A stretch of DNA of 64,000 nt, taken from Marsupella aquatica (lineage: Eukaryota; Plantae; Marchantiophyta). Below are positions 25,502 to 38,626 of the stretch, one piece after another. The first letter of the stretch is position 1. The number at the start of each line of letters is the position of its first letter. The stretch covers positions 9,323,832 through 9,387,831 of the forward strand of contig OZ316897.1 of NCBI GenBank assembly GCA_973895155.1, written 5' to 3'. The notes under the pieces were generated by a model. It made no database searches. It was not told where the DNA came from and saw nothing but the letters and a program-made list of their open reading frames with translations. The position numbers and the translations under genes were made by a program.

Positions 25502-27837
25502 ATGGAACATTTCGGGAGTTTGGGGATACGGACACAAACCGGCTATGGTCGGGGTCCGGGGCGTGGGTCTACTTTGTATTCAGAGGTGGGCCCTTTTCAC
25601 GGGAGTTGGACGATGGAGGCTGCAGGAGAAGGACGGGCTGCATCAACTCTGAATGCAAACACCACTTCAGTAGTGGATAGGAGCAGACGTATAGGTGAAA
25701 CAGCAGATAACACGAGATTCTCTTTACAAGATGCTAGGGGCGGACCGAAGGCTGCTCCTTTTGATCTGTATGGCCACCCGGAAGGAAGAAATCTAACTAC
25801 AGAAAAAGAAAAAGGAAACTGGCCTAGCAGCAGAAAATTCATTCCCCGCTCTGGACATTCATGGGCGGATCAGATGGACCTGGACATACAAGAGGCAGAG
25901 GCAGCGGTGGCATTAGAATTACAAGGTCAGCAACCCTCGCGGCCAGAACATTCCTATCGAGCGAGCGAGAGAGTGGCACCTGAGAACTCTGACCCGGGTG
26001 TGCGATTCCCTGCTGCTGGTAGTGTCCAGTAGAGATCGGGTGGGAGCCAATGGCTACCGGAGGAGACACGACCACTACAGAGAGGCAGGCGGCAATCAGA
26101 CTGGAATGACTCAAGATTTGATCATACTAACGAAGCGGATTATGATGGGGTCTCGGAGGAACCCTCGAATACATGTTTGGAAATGTTGAGGAAAATTGCA
26201 ATCAGCTCCACTGGTGACTGGCCTAACACGTTACACACCAGAATCCAATGGTCCATTGAGGAGGCTACTCTCTCTATTACCAAACTATACAACTGCACCA
26301 TGATGTGTTATTTTACGGATCGCCCCCTTCTCTTACCGGCCTTTCGTGACTGGGCCGAATCGGTCTTCATTCGGGGCCTGGGCTGGCCGATAACTCAGAT
26401 CAAATTTTCCGGTAAGAATTTCTATGTGATCACATTTGAATTCCCTTAGCACCGTGATTCGGCCTTGGAGCTGGCGCCCTTTTTTATGGATAGGAAATTT
26501 GTGTTTACCTTCCCGTGGGAGCCCTCCTTTGATGCAAGCAGTGACTCCTACACCAAGCTGCCGGTCTGGATTGAGCTACCATTCAGAGCGTTAGTACTCG
26601 AGAGCTGCAGGAAAAGGATTGCAGAGTCATTTGGGAAAGTTCTATATTACATTCAGGGCGATGAGCGCAGCTCCTTCCCTCATGATAGGGCTTGCATTTT
26701 GTGGGACACTGGACGGGAGGTTCCGCGGTGCGTCGGAGTGGATATTACGGAGGGCATCACGATCTGGCAGCCGGTCATATTTAGGAATATACCGTATCAT
26801 TGTTTTAAATGCAACCAAAAGGGTCACTTGGCAAGGGACTATAAAGCCCTTGAGGAGGAGGAGAACACTTCTAAAGGCAAAGAAATAAACAGGGACAACA
26901 GGTCAAGGGAGACGGAGGGTGACAACAATAAATTAAAGAAGCCAGGATGGCGGCGGAAACCTTGGCTGGCGGCAGTCAAAGGCACTCTACGAACCCCAAC
27001 TTGCAACGTCAAGACACCGGCTTTGATGCAGGAAGTGACGCTACCACCACGATAGAGGATACACGACAACAGCGGCCCCGGTCTGCAAGGAGGGCGGATC
27101 ACTTGGCTGCTATTAGAGAGGAAAGCGAACACAGAGAAGCGAAGGGAATGAATGACTCTCAAGACACGGTGTTGGCGACCGAAGTCGGGAGACACGTTGA
27201 CACGGCGGATATAGCAGCTCCAAGGACGAGGAGTGGTGCAGGCAACACGCGCAATCATTGAACTCAATCCTCTTCCAGGTTTTCGCCCCCTCATGCTGTC
27301 AATAGGGAGCTTCACGTGCCTGCTAGAGCCAACAACGATCAGAATCTGAGCTATAGTCCACATGGCGGCGCTTTGCTCTCTACTGGCGAATTGGACCCGG
27401 GTGCTTGGCCTGCCTTGATTGGTGAGGACTCTTGTGCAATACGGCCGACTGCTGGCGACGACAGGTCTTGAGGTGCTTCACCCAGCAACTCACTACAATT
27501 GGGTCCATCAAGAGTCAAGGATTTATCAGCAATTGATGAATATGAAGCTGCACACGACGGTAGTGGCGACGAGGAGAATACATCCTATCAGGGGGGCTCT
27601 GACATTGAGATGTCTGAATATGAAGATAACATTACTAAAAGCCAACTGAAGAAAGAAAGAGCGCGTAAGCTTGAGTTACGAACTCCTCCATCGGTGCCAA
27701 AAAAGGATGGTTCAGGGAAGGAGAATAAGAAGGTCAGATCGCTACAATATCCGGATGTTGGGACATCGCGCTCTCCCTATCGGAATCGGCTATCTCTGGA
27801 GATCTTGCCTGGGAGGGACAATAGGCAGACTGCTTAG
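25502..27837 (+). pseudogene. LINE ORF1 (DUF4283-like domain plus Zn knuckle), disrupted
   Basis: GKNFYVITFE..., FVFTFPWEPSFD...LPVWIELP...FGKVL and PYHCFKCNQKGHLARDY are typical of plant L1 ORF1. Several stops and frameshifts. Confidence 0.8.
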
Positions 27838-27977
27838 TCGCTGGACGGAGGGGGAACTTTACGGGGTGCCGGGCGGGACTTCTCGGAGAACAGATTCTCC
27901 CCGAGAAGCTCAATGTCGGGCTCCCTGAAATGACTAACTAACATGCGCTGATTCGGGGGGGCACGATTGAGACCAAT

Positions 27978-30900
27978 ATGTGTGCATTACTTTCGTTTGC
28001 CTCCTGGAATGTCTGCGGCCTCTGTGACCCTAATCGCAAGCAGATCATCAAGAATTGGATCACGTCATTGAAAATACCACTTACAGCACTAGCACTACAG
28101 GAAGTTAAGGCAGACCAATTTAGACTTGACATAGCCTTAAGGGCTATTCTACCCAACTATCAACATTTTTCTTCCTCCCCCGATGAAGGTCGTGGGGGGA
28201 CATCTCTTTTGCTTCACCCCTCGCTCAGGGTGATCCAAGCTGGGCTTTTAGACAAGGGTAGGGCAGTATGGGCGAGAGTGGAACACTAGGAAGGAAAGTT
28301 TGGATTGGTGAGTGTGTATGCCCCCAATACGGCGCGGGAGAGGGCATTGCTCTGGCATGATTTGAAGGTCTTGCTGCCTCAAGACAACTGGATTATGTGT
28401 GGCGATTTTAACATGACCGAAAGAAGTGACGACTCCACGGGCCCTTCTCCCCTTCTTCGTGGGCGTGAGGAGGAATTCTGGAGATTTCTGAAAATGCGAT
28501 TTGACTTCGCGGATGCGATCAGTATCAGCCAGAAATGCACTGGTGCGCACTACACGTGGAGAAGGATCATCAACGGCCGACTAATACAATCACGGCTCGA
28601 CCGGTTCTACTTTAGCGAACGAGGATGGTGGGCTGGAAGTGTAGCAGAATTAATGCACGAGGGGAGCTCGGCACTCTCAGATCACGACCCCTGTATCCTA
28701 AGATGCCGTCTTTCAGATCCGATTACTAATGACAACCAACGGAAGTCTTCATATTTCAAAGCAAATGCTGGTCTCCTTCACGATGTTGCCAATTTAGAGA
28801 GGCTTAGGTCCGCCTGGATAGGGGCTGCTGATGTTGAGGTGGACCCACACCTCAGGTTTTATCGTGCGAGTTGGCGACTCAGGCAGGAGTATGTGGAATT
28901 GCAACAAAAGTCTTCAAACGGTGAGGCGGAAGTGACGCACCTTAGAGAGCGGCTCCGAGCTTTGAAACTAGAACTTCTAGACAATTACTCATATGACAAT
29001 CTGAAAGATTTTGCTACCACGGAAGAACAGGTTAGGGTCGTGGAGCATGAGGCTGCTTCGCAAGGCAGACTCCTTGCACGAATCAGATGGCTGGGGCAAG
29101 GGGATGGCCGTCTAAATTTTATTTTGCTACGCTTAAGACCAAGCGTATGAGAGAGACGACGACAAGACGATCACACAGGAACAGTTAATGATGGCAAAAA
29201 TTGAAAAGCAATTCTCGGCACTATATGAGGCACAAGGGGAAGCGAGACGAAGTGAGTCTGGGGAGGTTCTTGCAGCTAGGAGGCAACTTTTCTCCAACAT
29301 CGGGAAGGCACTGTCAGCCGCTGAAATCTCCAAATTAGAGCAACCACCGACAATGGAAGAAGTGAAGGATACTCTGTGGTCTTTTCCGGAAGACAAAGCA
29401 CCTGGACCGAACGGTCTTACAGCGGAAGTATTTAAGATGTGTTGGGACTTCATCAAAGACGACCTGGTAAGCATGATTTTAGCATTCTGGAGGACTGGCA
29501 AACTGGTGGGCAATATGAAGTCAGGCATTATCAAGCTGATACCCAAGAAGGCAGATAAAAGGCGGCTCAAGGATTGGCGACCTCTCACAATGCTTAACAC
29601 GACATACAAGATAATCGCCAAACTTCTAGCCCAACGTCTGAAGCCACTGCTGAATAAATTAATCAGCCCACAGCAGACTGGCTTTATCCCCGGTCGACAC
29701 ATTCTTGAGAACATTTCCACGGCCTGGCTTATAGTGGACTCGGTAAGTATAAAGAGGCAAGAATCACTGTTCCTCAAGCTTGACTTTGAGAAAGCTTTCG
29801 ATAGAGTCAATCACTCATACATTTGGGAAGCTATGCATCTATTGGGCTTGGGGAGCCACTACATCATGCTGGTCCGTTCTTTGGTTACCGGGGCCAGCTC
29901 CAAGATCCACATTAATGGGCTCTTCTCTAAGGAAATCAGAATGCTGAGGGGGGTCCGTCAGGGCTGCCCGCTTTCGCCCTTACTATTTGTACTATCGACT
30001 CAGCCATTCATGGATTTTTTAGACACAGAAATTGCACATGGCGCCTTGAGAGGCCTTCAAATATCGGAGACTTTGACCATATGCTATAGGTTCTTCGCTG
30101 ACGATCTCGGGATGTTTATTCCTGCTACTCGAGAGGATTTCTATGGGGCACGACAGGCGATTGAATGCTACGAGCTGGCATCCGGGGCCAAATTGAATCT
30201 GCACAAGTCAACTGTTATACCTCTCGCACTCCAGGAGATACCGGATTGGCTACGGGAGACTGGATGCACCATCAACAGGAAAGGGGAAATTCAGAAATAT
30301 CTGGGTGCTCCTTTGGGCTAGGGGATTCAGGTCTCTCGGATTCATACGTTCTGCCTTGATCAAATAGAATCCAGGCTCTCTACATGGGCCACCCGGTTCT
30401 TATCCTTCACCGGTCGCACTATTCTGGTGAAGCATGTTCTCCAAGCGGTACCCATTTATCACATGATGTTCTTACATTCGTCGAATGCTTTGGCTAAGAA
30501 GATGGTGGCTCTCTATAGAGATTTTCTCTGGGGCTATAATGCAAAAGGCGGGAGAAAGGTGCCATTGGTAGCGTGGAAGACCCTAGCACGCCCCAAGGTG
30601 GATGGTGGGTTGGGCTTCAAGGAGTTTAGGTGCCACTCAAACACACTTTTAGTACAATGGTTCTATAAGGCACTGGACAACCCAACCACAGAATGGGCTC
30701 AACTATATTACGCGAATCTGAAAATGGCAAAATGGCGCAATCACAAGACAATTAGAAGGAATGGCTACTTATTTTCTGACAGACTCTTACTCTGCTATCC
30801 TTGGTCCTTCAGCGGATTGAGTTACACTGGCAATCTCTGGAAAGCCTGGGAGGCTCTACGTTCACATTTGCTTTTTTCACCAAATGGAGGTGCTGTGGCT

Positions 30901-31900
30901 GACTGGTGGAGCATTGACGACATCGCCAGGAGCCTAGCTAGAAGGATTTCAGGACCTACCAGAAGACAAGAAAGGACAATTGGTCCGGATCTGTGGACAT
31001 ATGGGACTACGCAAGATCTCGGATCTAAGGAGGTGGGGATGCAACCCTTCTGAGTATGCACGCCAGAAGCTTAATAAGATGAGGGGCTTGGATCAGGAGG
31101 TGGGGGAACTCTGCTTATCCTTTGTGAGAAAAATTAAAAGATATACAGGGGAAAAGGGGGCCGGATCTTCCGCAGCATGTTGGGTCTGGGCCAACAAGAA
31201 GGAGAGGATGAGGCACTTTTCCATACCCAATGCTAGAGTATATCAATTACTACGCACCAAAGGTAGCGATTCTTCCAGGCTCAACCGGATCTGGTCTCTC
31301 CAACTATCGGATCGAGAGTGGAGCAAGCTCTGGAACTCACTGTGGATGTCAGACCTTTCCACGAAGTCTCGTACATTTATATGGCGTGTGATTGCACAAG
31401 GGCTCTTCACAAATGTTCGGGCACTGAAGATGGGTAAGTCGGATGGTACTTGTGGCTTGTGCCCTAACGTTCCTGAGACCATTCCTCACATTTTCTTTAC
31501 TTGCAAGCTTGCAAGAAAAGGTTGGGCACTTGTTGCCGAAACGTTCCCTGATCTGATCACTTGGCCTGCCGAGGAGCTGAAAGTTATGATGGAGGCTTTT
31601 GCTGGACGCAGTCTTGCTCGATCCTTGATAGTCTTCATGGTTTATCAAGTACTATGGCATATTTGGCTAGCCAGGAATGAGAGTGTATTTAACAATGGTA
31701 GAAGTAGGAAATTTGATCTGCTACAGATCTTTTCAGAAATGATTGACCAAATACATGGACTATGTGAAGACTCTGGCCCCTGCAACCGGCGCACGTGGCT
31801 ATTGCGGACCAAGGAAGAAAACGTCATAGAACGTCTGAACTGGATTTCGATCGAGACCGGAGGCACGGTTCACACTATCTCTCTCGGACTAATGCCATGA
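27978..31900 (+). pseudogene. LINE ORF2 (APE endonuclease, reverse transcriptase, zf-RVT), disrupted
   Basis: SWNVCGL, LQEVK, SVYAPN, GDFN, SRLDRFY, SDHDP; KAPGPNG, WRPLTMLN, KLDFEKAFDRV, GVRQGCPLSPLLF, FFADD; TFIWR...CGLC...ETIPHIFFTC. Stops at 28287-28289 and 30319-30321; frameshifts near 29120 and 31000. Confidence 0.95.
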
Positions 31901-32387
31901 ATTTACACCTTGTCCACTCTTTGACAGGGCCACTCTCCCCTGCTTTGGTCTTTTCCCTGGTTGGGTTGTCAGGGGTCGAGCTGCTGCTCCTATTCGCTGT
32001 TGATTTTCTAGGCTCACTGACCTGAAATGCGAATTCTAGGACTCGTCACGGGTGCCTTAGAAGTATCGATAAATTTCAGCTTGGACCCGTCACGATTGCA
32101 ATAGAAGTAGTGTGCTCTTTAGCGGCCTTGTAGTGTTCCCCTTGGGCTCTGGCTTGCCCTTTCTGGGCGTCTTTGTTGCCTTTTTGGCCCCCTTTCCCGT
32201 AGGGTTTTGCGGGTTTTATTTTTAAAAAAAGATTACTTATATTACATAACTTTCATTGATGATCATTCCAAATAACAATCATATATCTTTGAAACAAAAA
32301 TATGAAACATTTTTAAAATAAAAATATATAAAGAGTTTATTAAGATCCAAAGAGTTTATTAAGATCCAAAAATATAAAGAGTTTATT

Positions 32388-33330
32388 TATATGCGCGATA
32401 GGATCCGGGTTGGGGGCCAAACGTTTAGGGACCAAAGTTGGTCCGGGGGTGGCAGGGCTCCAAAAGCATATATGAGGGGAGTGGAGCCGAAGTCGTGAGC
32501 CGCGACGGTCGCGACACTAAGGGAAACCGCCAAACGGAAATGGCGATATCTTCCCAACGGGAAGTCCATTGGAGGACTTCTTGGGTGCGTTGGAAAGCTC
32601 TTGAGGAGGGCTCAGCTGGGTCTAGGGGTACCTTGGGGTCTCAGGGTTTGAGGGTGTTAACTCACCCGCTTGCCAAATCTTGCCGAACAGCAGCCAAGCC
32701 GCGTTCAGTCTCCCAAGGGAGCTTGCGTTGGGGAGGCAAGGCCAAGTAGGTATGGAGGTTGAGTTCCAAGGGTGCTCTGTCCCTAGACCATCGGTGAGGT
32801 GAACCGGGAGTTGGATTTTAGGGTCGGGGCCATTATGGTCCCGACGTGTTGGGACAAGCTTAGGACAAGCTACGCTATTTGGGCCATGAGCATGTCCTGG
32901 GGTCAGGGCGGTCAGTGGGTGATGGATAGGTACGAGGGGGAACCCGGGCCACGCCCAAGGAAGGAGTTGTCCTGGACGGACAGTGGGTGTGGGCTCTAGT
33001 TCCGGCTTATGGCATCGGGAGGACCTATCACTGACCTATTTACCAACGTCTATTGAGCTTGAGTAGGATGCTAGACTTGGCGAGTTCTAGATCCCGAAGG
33101 ATTACTTACCGAGGATCTTGGTTGCTTGTGCAGATAGGGAGGACCGTTGAGTAGCGGTCGTGTTAGAGAGCAAGCGCGGCTTTGTATGGGAGGGGCCGTT
33201 GGCGGTGCAAGGAGCACTAGGTTGCTTGCTTGAGGTATTCCGTGGAGGCGTTCGGGCACCAAGGGCACTTAGTGTGAGTGTTGGGATTGGTGAGGGCACT
33301 GGGTGGCTAGGTCCACCACTGTAGTTAAGT
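32388..33330. other. GC-rich island of unknown identity (probable TE/LTR fragment)
   Basis: Abrupt shift to GC-rich sequence after a local tandem duplication (aaagagtttattaagatcc x2). No recognisable protein motif. Confidence 0.3.
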
Positions 33331-36300
33331 AACTACCCTAAAAACAAGTAACAACCAAGGACACCAACTTGGTCTATTTGAAGTTTAGGAGGCCGATACG
33401 TGAGAAAAATTAGTATGGGGTCTGGGTGGAAGGCAGAGATGTCACAATAGAAAGGATTGAAGAGGTTGGCATTTTGATCATCAAAGTTGGACTGAAGAGA
33501 GTCAATCAAGCAATCAAGCAGCAATCCTATGCTTCCAACTGAAGCTCGTTGAGCTGAGTTGGTCTTGCACGCTGTAGGTATTCGTAAGTGAATTCATCCA
33601 GCCATGGTAGAGAGCTGGAGACCAGACAAAGCATGGACAAGGCATAGGTGCATGTGTGTGTTGCAACAAAGAGAAAATAGGCAGCTACAGTGAGAATGTC
33701 ACTGGTCGTGTGTGGCAGTTCTGACATGGTAATTTGCATGACATAGATAGCATGGTAGGGTGAAGAAAATGAGGCAAGGAACAGAGGGAGGGAGAAACAC
33801 AATGAAGGGAGGAATGATTAAATGTTATTGTTGTCCAATTGGGCCCAATTCAAGGACAATCGCATGTCAAGATTTCTACTGGGAGACTTGGTAATGATTC
33901 CTCATCCTCATGGTAACTAAGGTGTTGGAGTTGTCTAGGGACCCGTTAAGAGCCGTGTGAAACTTAGGTTTCAGAAAAATTAAATTAAATTCTAGGGACT
34001 CATTAACTCTTCTCAATCCAGACTCTTACTATTTCTCTCGTAGTTTCTAAGATTCTTTCATGTGATATGTTCCAGTATGCCTTTTCTAAATATGGTGTCT
34101 ATTACTAGCCTATTCCATTCGTCAAAAACTACCAATACTTTCATCTCATTATTATTTTTTGTATTATCTTCATGCTTTCTGTTTTTTTTTTCAATAAAAC
34201 CCTCTAAATTGTCTTTTTTTTCTCTTTTTCTAAATGATCTTCATGCTTTCTTTAAAGTTTCAACATCACACAAGCTCCATCTAATTTGACTATCCGTTGT
34301 GTTTACTTTCAGTCCTATGGACCTCTCATCATTTTGAAGAGAATTTATCTCGAAAGGCTAAGCATTCCATTCACCAACAAAATCAACTTGTTAAGTTTAA
34401 ACTTCAAATACTTTATATGTATAACCTTTTTGGTTTTCGAATTTACAACATTTTTGAAGTCAACTTAGGCAACTCTTATGTCGTCCTTTCTTCAGTTGGG
34501 ATCTTGGACTCGCTCTGTTCAGGTCTTAAGGTCAGGTTCATTCAAATTTATCCAAGTTTGCATATCTAATCATCGATTGTTTCTAGCTCCAAGGCAATCA
34601 CTGCATAATTTCAGTCGTCGCCTCGCCTCTTTCTTCTCGGCATCCTCTTTCAATTCTCCTCCTTATGCACCCAACATTTTCTTCTCTCTTGTCCCTTCAC
34701 TTTAACTTCCCAATCCCAAAGGTGAAGAACTTCCTCCCAGCCATTCTGTTTCTTCTCCTTCCTTCCTCTTGTTAAATTAAATGCTCCAAGTTGATTATCT
34801 TTTTCTATCCCTAACTCACTTTCTGCAGGTAGAATTATTTTTTTCTCTTTAAGAGGCTAACCTCCTTACAAGCATTCCTTTGAAGCATTAGTCTTTCTTT
34901 TCCCAAGTTTTTTTTTTCTCACTTGCCTCGGTTTTGTTTCCCCCGGTTCAATTGAATTTTCTCTTCCGTGTTTTTCTTCCCCTGGTTTTAATGCTTTTTG
35001 CGATTCACCATAGCATTTATTCCTTGGTTTTTTTCGTCTCTTCACAACAAACTTGAATCACTCCATATCTTTTGTTTCCTCCTGGTTATTAGCTAGACAG
35101 GTGGGAACAATTTCTTAATCTCTCAACCTCTCAGGCAACGACAATCTCTTCTCATTTTTCCCATTTTGTGGTTTTGTCAAGTATCTTCAAGTACCCTTGA
35201 CTTCTCTCCTTCATCAAAATAAAATTCCCTCTATGATTAAGACTCTATCGTCCCAATAAATGCGCTTCATTTGTGAATTTTTGCCAATTCCTACTTGACA
35301 CTTGAGCTCTCCTCATTTTCCATGTATCGTGAAAATAAATCTCCTTATCACCATCGCCTTCTGTTCTCCGATCCTTTGCCTCTCACCAAAAATTCCCCTC
35401 ACCACGCAACGCGGTTCTTTTTCCTTCCATTCAAACAAAAATCTACTTGCTACCTTCCCCCTCCGTTCCTTAGCACTCAATCCAATCCAAACAACATCCT
35501 CCACACTCCTTCCATAGCCTCTTCTCAGTCCTCTTCCCTTGCAGCAACAACAAATTGCAATATTGTCTCTCAAGTTTCCACCAAGATTTTCCAATCACCA
35601 AGAACCTCCAGCATTTTTTCACTCATTCTGTCTGAATCTCTCTCCCACTACCATTGCCCTCCGCTCCTTGCAGCTCAATCCAATCCTTTTCAAAAAAATA
35701 ATCCCCCGTTGCCCTTCCACAAGTTCCAAACTTCCCTCTAACCTCCCTCTTCTCAACAATCAACTGCCGTCCTTATGAATTTTGAATCCTTCAAGGCTGC
35801 CACATGTCAAAACGGAAAAAAACTCGCCACAAAAACTTTTAAAGTCCTCAAAGCTCATCCATTCCTCTTTTGTCTTATTGTTGTTTCTTCTTCAACTGAA
35901 ACCTCTTTAGGAATCAGGTAAAGATTCAAGTCAACACCAACATCACCACAAAATTATTAATCTCTCCATCAAGTTTGCTGGAAACCCGACGATAGTGGAC
36001 CTAAGACCCACCTCACCTTATAATCTATGGCTTAGTACGTTGTCTTACTTACTGGTTTGTCTTTCTAGGACTTATTTATATTATATTATCTTGTCCAGTG
36101 AACATTTTGCCTATGCACCAGCATTATTACAAAAAGCGCCATGGGTGATTGATGCAGGGACCATGATTGTCACATAAGGAACTATGTTTTGCTAGAGCAA
36201 AAAAGTGTCTATGAGAAACTGAGCATCTTCCATTGTAGCTCCACTATGCACTTGTGCTTATTCAACTTATTTAGGCATATATTTGGGAACAATCCACAAT

Positions 36301-37872
36301 ATTAGTGAACACTTCCTTTGCGATGGTCTCAAAGTCTAAATGAGTCATTCACACTGAGTTCTCACGGCATATTCACCTTGCAAGAGGATTGCGTGCTTGA
36401 GAACTTAATTACCAAACATAGATATTGAGGAAGATGAGTTGGAGAGTAGACAGTTACTACCAAATTTCCCTCACATGCATTACCTAAAGCAAACACAAGG
36501 ATCTTCTACAATGAATCTCATTTTGAAAGAGGATTGTATGTCTCTTCATCACATTAAGGGCGTCTAGCACAAAGATCTCCTGCAATGCATCTTGTGTATG
36601 AATCTTTTAGTCATAGACTAGCTTCTTTTGAAATTTCATACTCCTATATATATATGCAACTGCAAATTGAATCGTTGTGTAAGGTTTCTAATCGTCTGGA
36701 AACTTTGAGTGCTAAAGAAGCCCCTTCTAGAATAGTTTGCTCAAACTTGTAGAATGAATACAGTACATACTGAAAACGTTTCAATTATAGAAATACTTTA
36801 AAAACTCAAATGAGCTTAAACAAAATAGTGTACGTCCTATTGTTTAACATTGGTCTCTTTGAAGCTAGGGACTAGTTTGAAACAGGTGGAGGGCAATTAT
36901 ATTTGTTTGCCAAACCACGTAAGCAAAATTGAGGTGATGACAGGGCTGACGAGATAGGTCTAAGGGCGGAGACGATCAAAACTCTCTTTCATGGAATGCA
37001 ATACTAAAACAATGAAGGATTGAAGGTTGATTCAAATAGTAACCAACTAAACAAGAAAAATCCAAATCTATGAAACAAAATCCAAAGATAAAGAATGACT
37101 CAAATTGGTAGGAAAGATACTCTACCTATAATAAATAGTGTGGTTTGGCAAATTATAGAACTTTGATTTCTAAGTACAGTTATTGCCCATCATACTTCGA
37201 TCCCCAAGCTTTAAGAAGGAAACTCCCCTAACAATATCTCCCCTTCCCTCAAATTAATTATCATCTAGAGATTATTGGGACCATCCAATTTTCAACAAAA
37301 GATCCAAGAATGTACAACAATCGGCTTTGGCGATAGCAAGGTACTCACAACACTTTGGTTAAGGGTATTCTAATTTAGGAATTGGCCATGATGAAGCCTT
37401 TTGATTTGAGTAACTATTGTGTTGATGCAATTTGGTGCATTCATTGAAGAATGTCTTTTGTTGCCCATGTCTGTGACAATGAATTGGCATTAATTAGCTA
37501 CTGAGTTTGTGATGGCAATAAAGATTGTAGTTGAATATAGACTTATCTTATGTCTGGGGCAAAGGGTGTATATATGACCTACTTACAGGTCCATGATAGT
37601 GGCATGTGCCTGTTGGTAAATGCAAACTCTGACTGGGACAATCACAACAACAACAAAGGCCATCCATGTTCAGGCAGGAGGCAATCATTCACAAGTGGGA
37701 GAAATGGCCCTCATACATTGAGACAAGGCAATTGGATTGGTGGTCCAAAACCATCTATGAGCTTGCGCCCAAGGAGAGGTGCTTGGTCTTTGCAGAATTG
37801 CTTTACAATTTGTGTATATTCTCTATGTGACATTGCCAGCATGGTTGGTAATGAGTAATACGGCTTAATCCG

Positions 37873-38286
37873 TGTTACGCATGTTTGAAGAGACGTAGGA
37901 ATCCATAGTTATTAGCATAACGACACAATCTTAGCTAGTCATGATGTTTAGAACAGGTTTAGTAATAATGGGAGTTCACGCTTGGGTTGGCTGCGCGGCA
38001 CCTGACGTACCGACGGATTGGTGGCGCATTATGGCGGTCAATCTTGGGCCCGTATAATAGCGCCATAATTGAATCTCTGCCACGCTCTGACCCGGACTGG
38101 AGGAGTGATCAAGAGGCCTTGAGCGTAATAGGCTCGACCTATCATAGGAAGAGGAAGCCGATTGTTTGACTCGCAACAACGGTATAAAAGGCGAGCCCTT
38201 CCCTTCTTTTCTCTCTCCTGATTCTCTCCTTGCACAAGCTTTGAGCTCACCCCTTTGCACACTTAGTAATTCAGCTAGCCCTTGAC
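37873..38286 (+). mobile_element. Possible solo LTR
   Basis: Starts tgtta, ends tgaca; GC-rich, with TATAAAAG at about 38183 followed by a pyrimidine tract. No matching TSD found. Confidence 0.35.
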
Positions 38287-38626
38287 ACCTCACCATATGT
38301 CTGTCACTATTATGTCTAGTTTTGCTATTTGCTTTTGGTACCAATTTTTAGGCATTGGTAACCATCTTGCGACCTCACTCGCCGAGCACAACCCGCGCAA
38401 GTACGAAGCCGAAAGGCATTACAAATGGCTTATCCATTTGAACGGGCATTCTCACTACAACAACAAAAATCTGATAGCGAGGAGAGACCTACTTCAACCC
38501 CTCAAGGAAAGGTTTGGCTTTGGAATTGAGGTCCAACTTTTCACAAATTTGAGTTAGACGGCTAATTCTAAGGTGAATTAATCAATGCATTTTAGCAACA
38601 AGTAGCTCAATCTTTTATCAAGGTTG

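Larger units (their letters stand above)
25020..32228 (+). mobile_element. Full-length L1-clade LINE (about 7.2 kb), inactivated
   Basis: TSD aagattacttatattac at 25003-25019 and 32229-32245, short A tail, and ORF1 plus ORF2 remnants in the canonical order. Confidence 0.95.

Noticed and set aside
29133-29810. 225-aa antisense ORF
   Set aside because: Shadow of LINE reverse transcriptase on the opposite strand.
33527-33802. Possible captured host exon
   Set aside because: No recognisable family and no convincing splice structure.
34000-36000. Pyrimidine-rich ORFs (e.g. 35295..35741)
   Set aside because: Low-complexity antisense frames of what is probably a decayed minus-strand retroelement ORF; no diagnostic motif.
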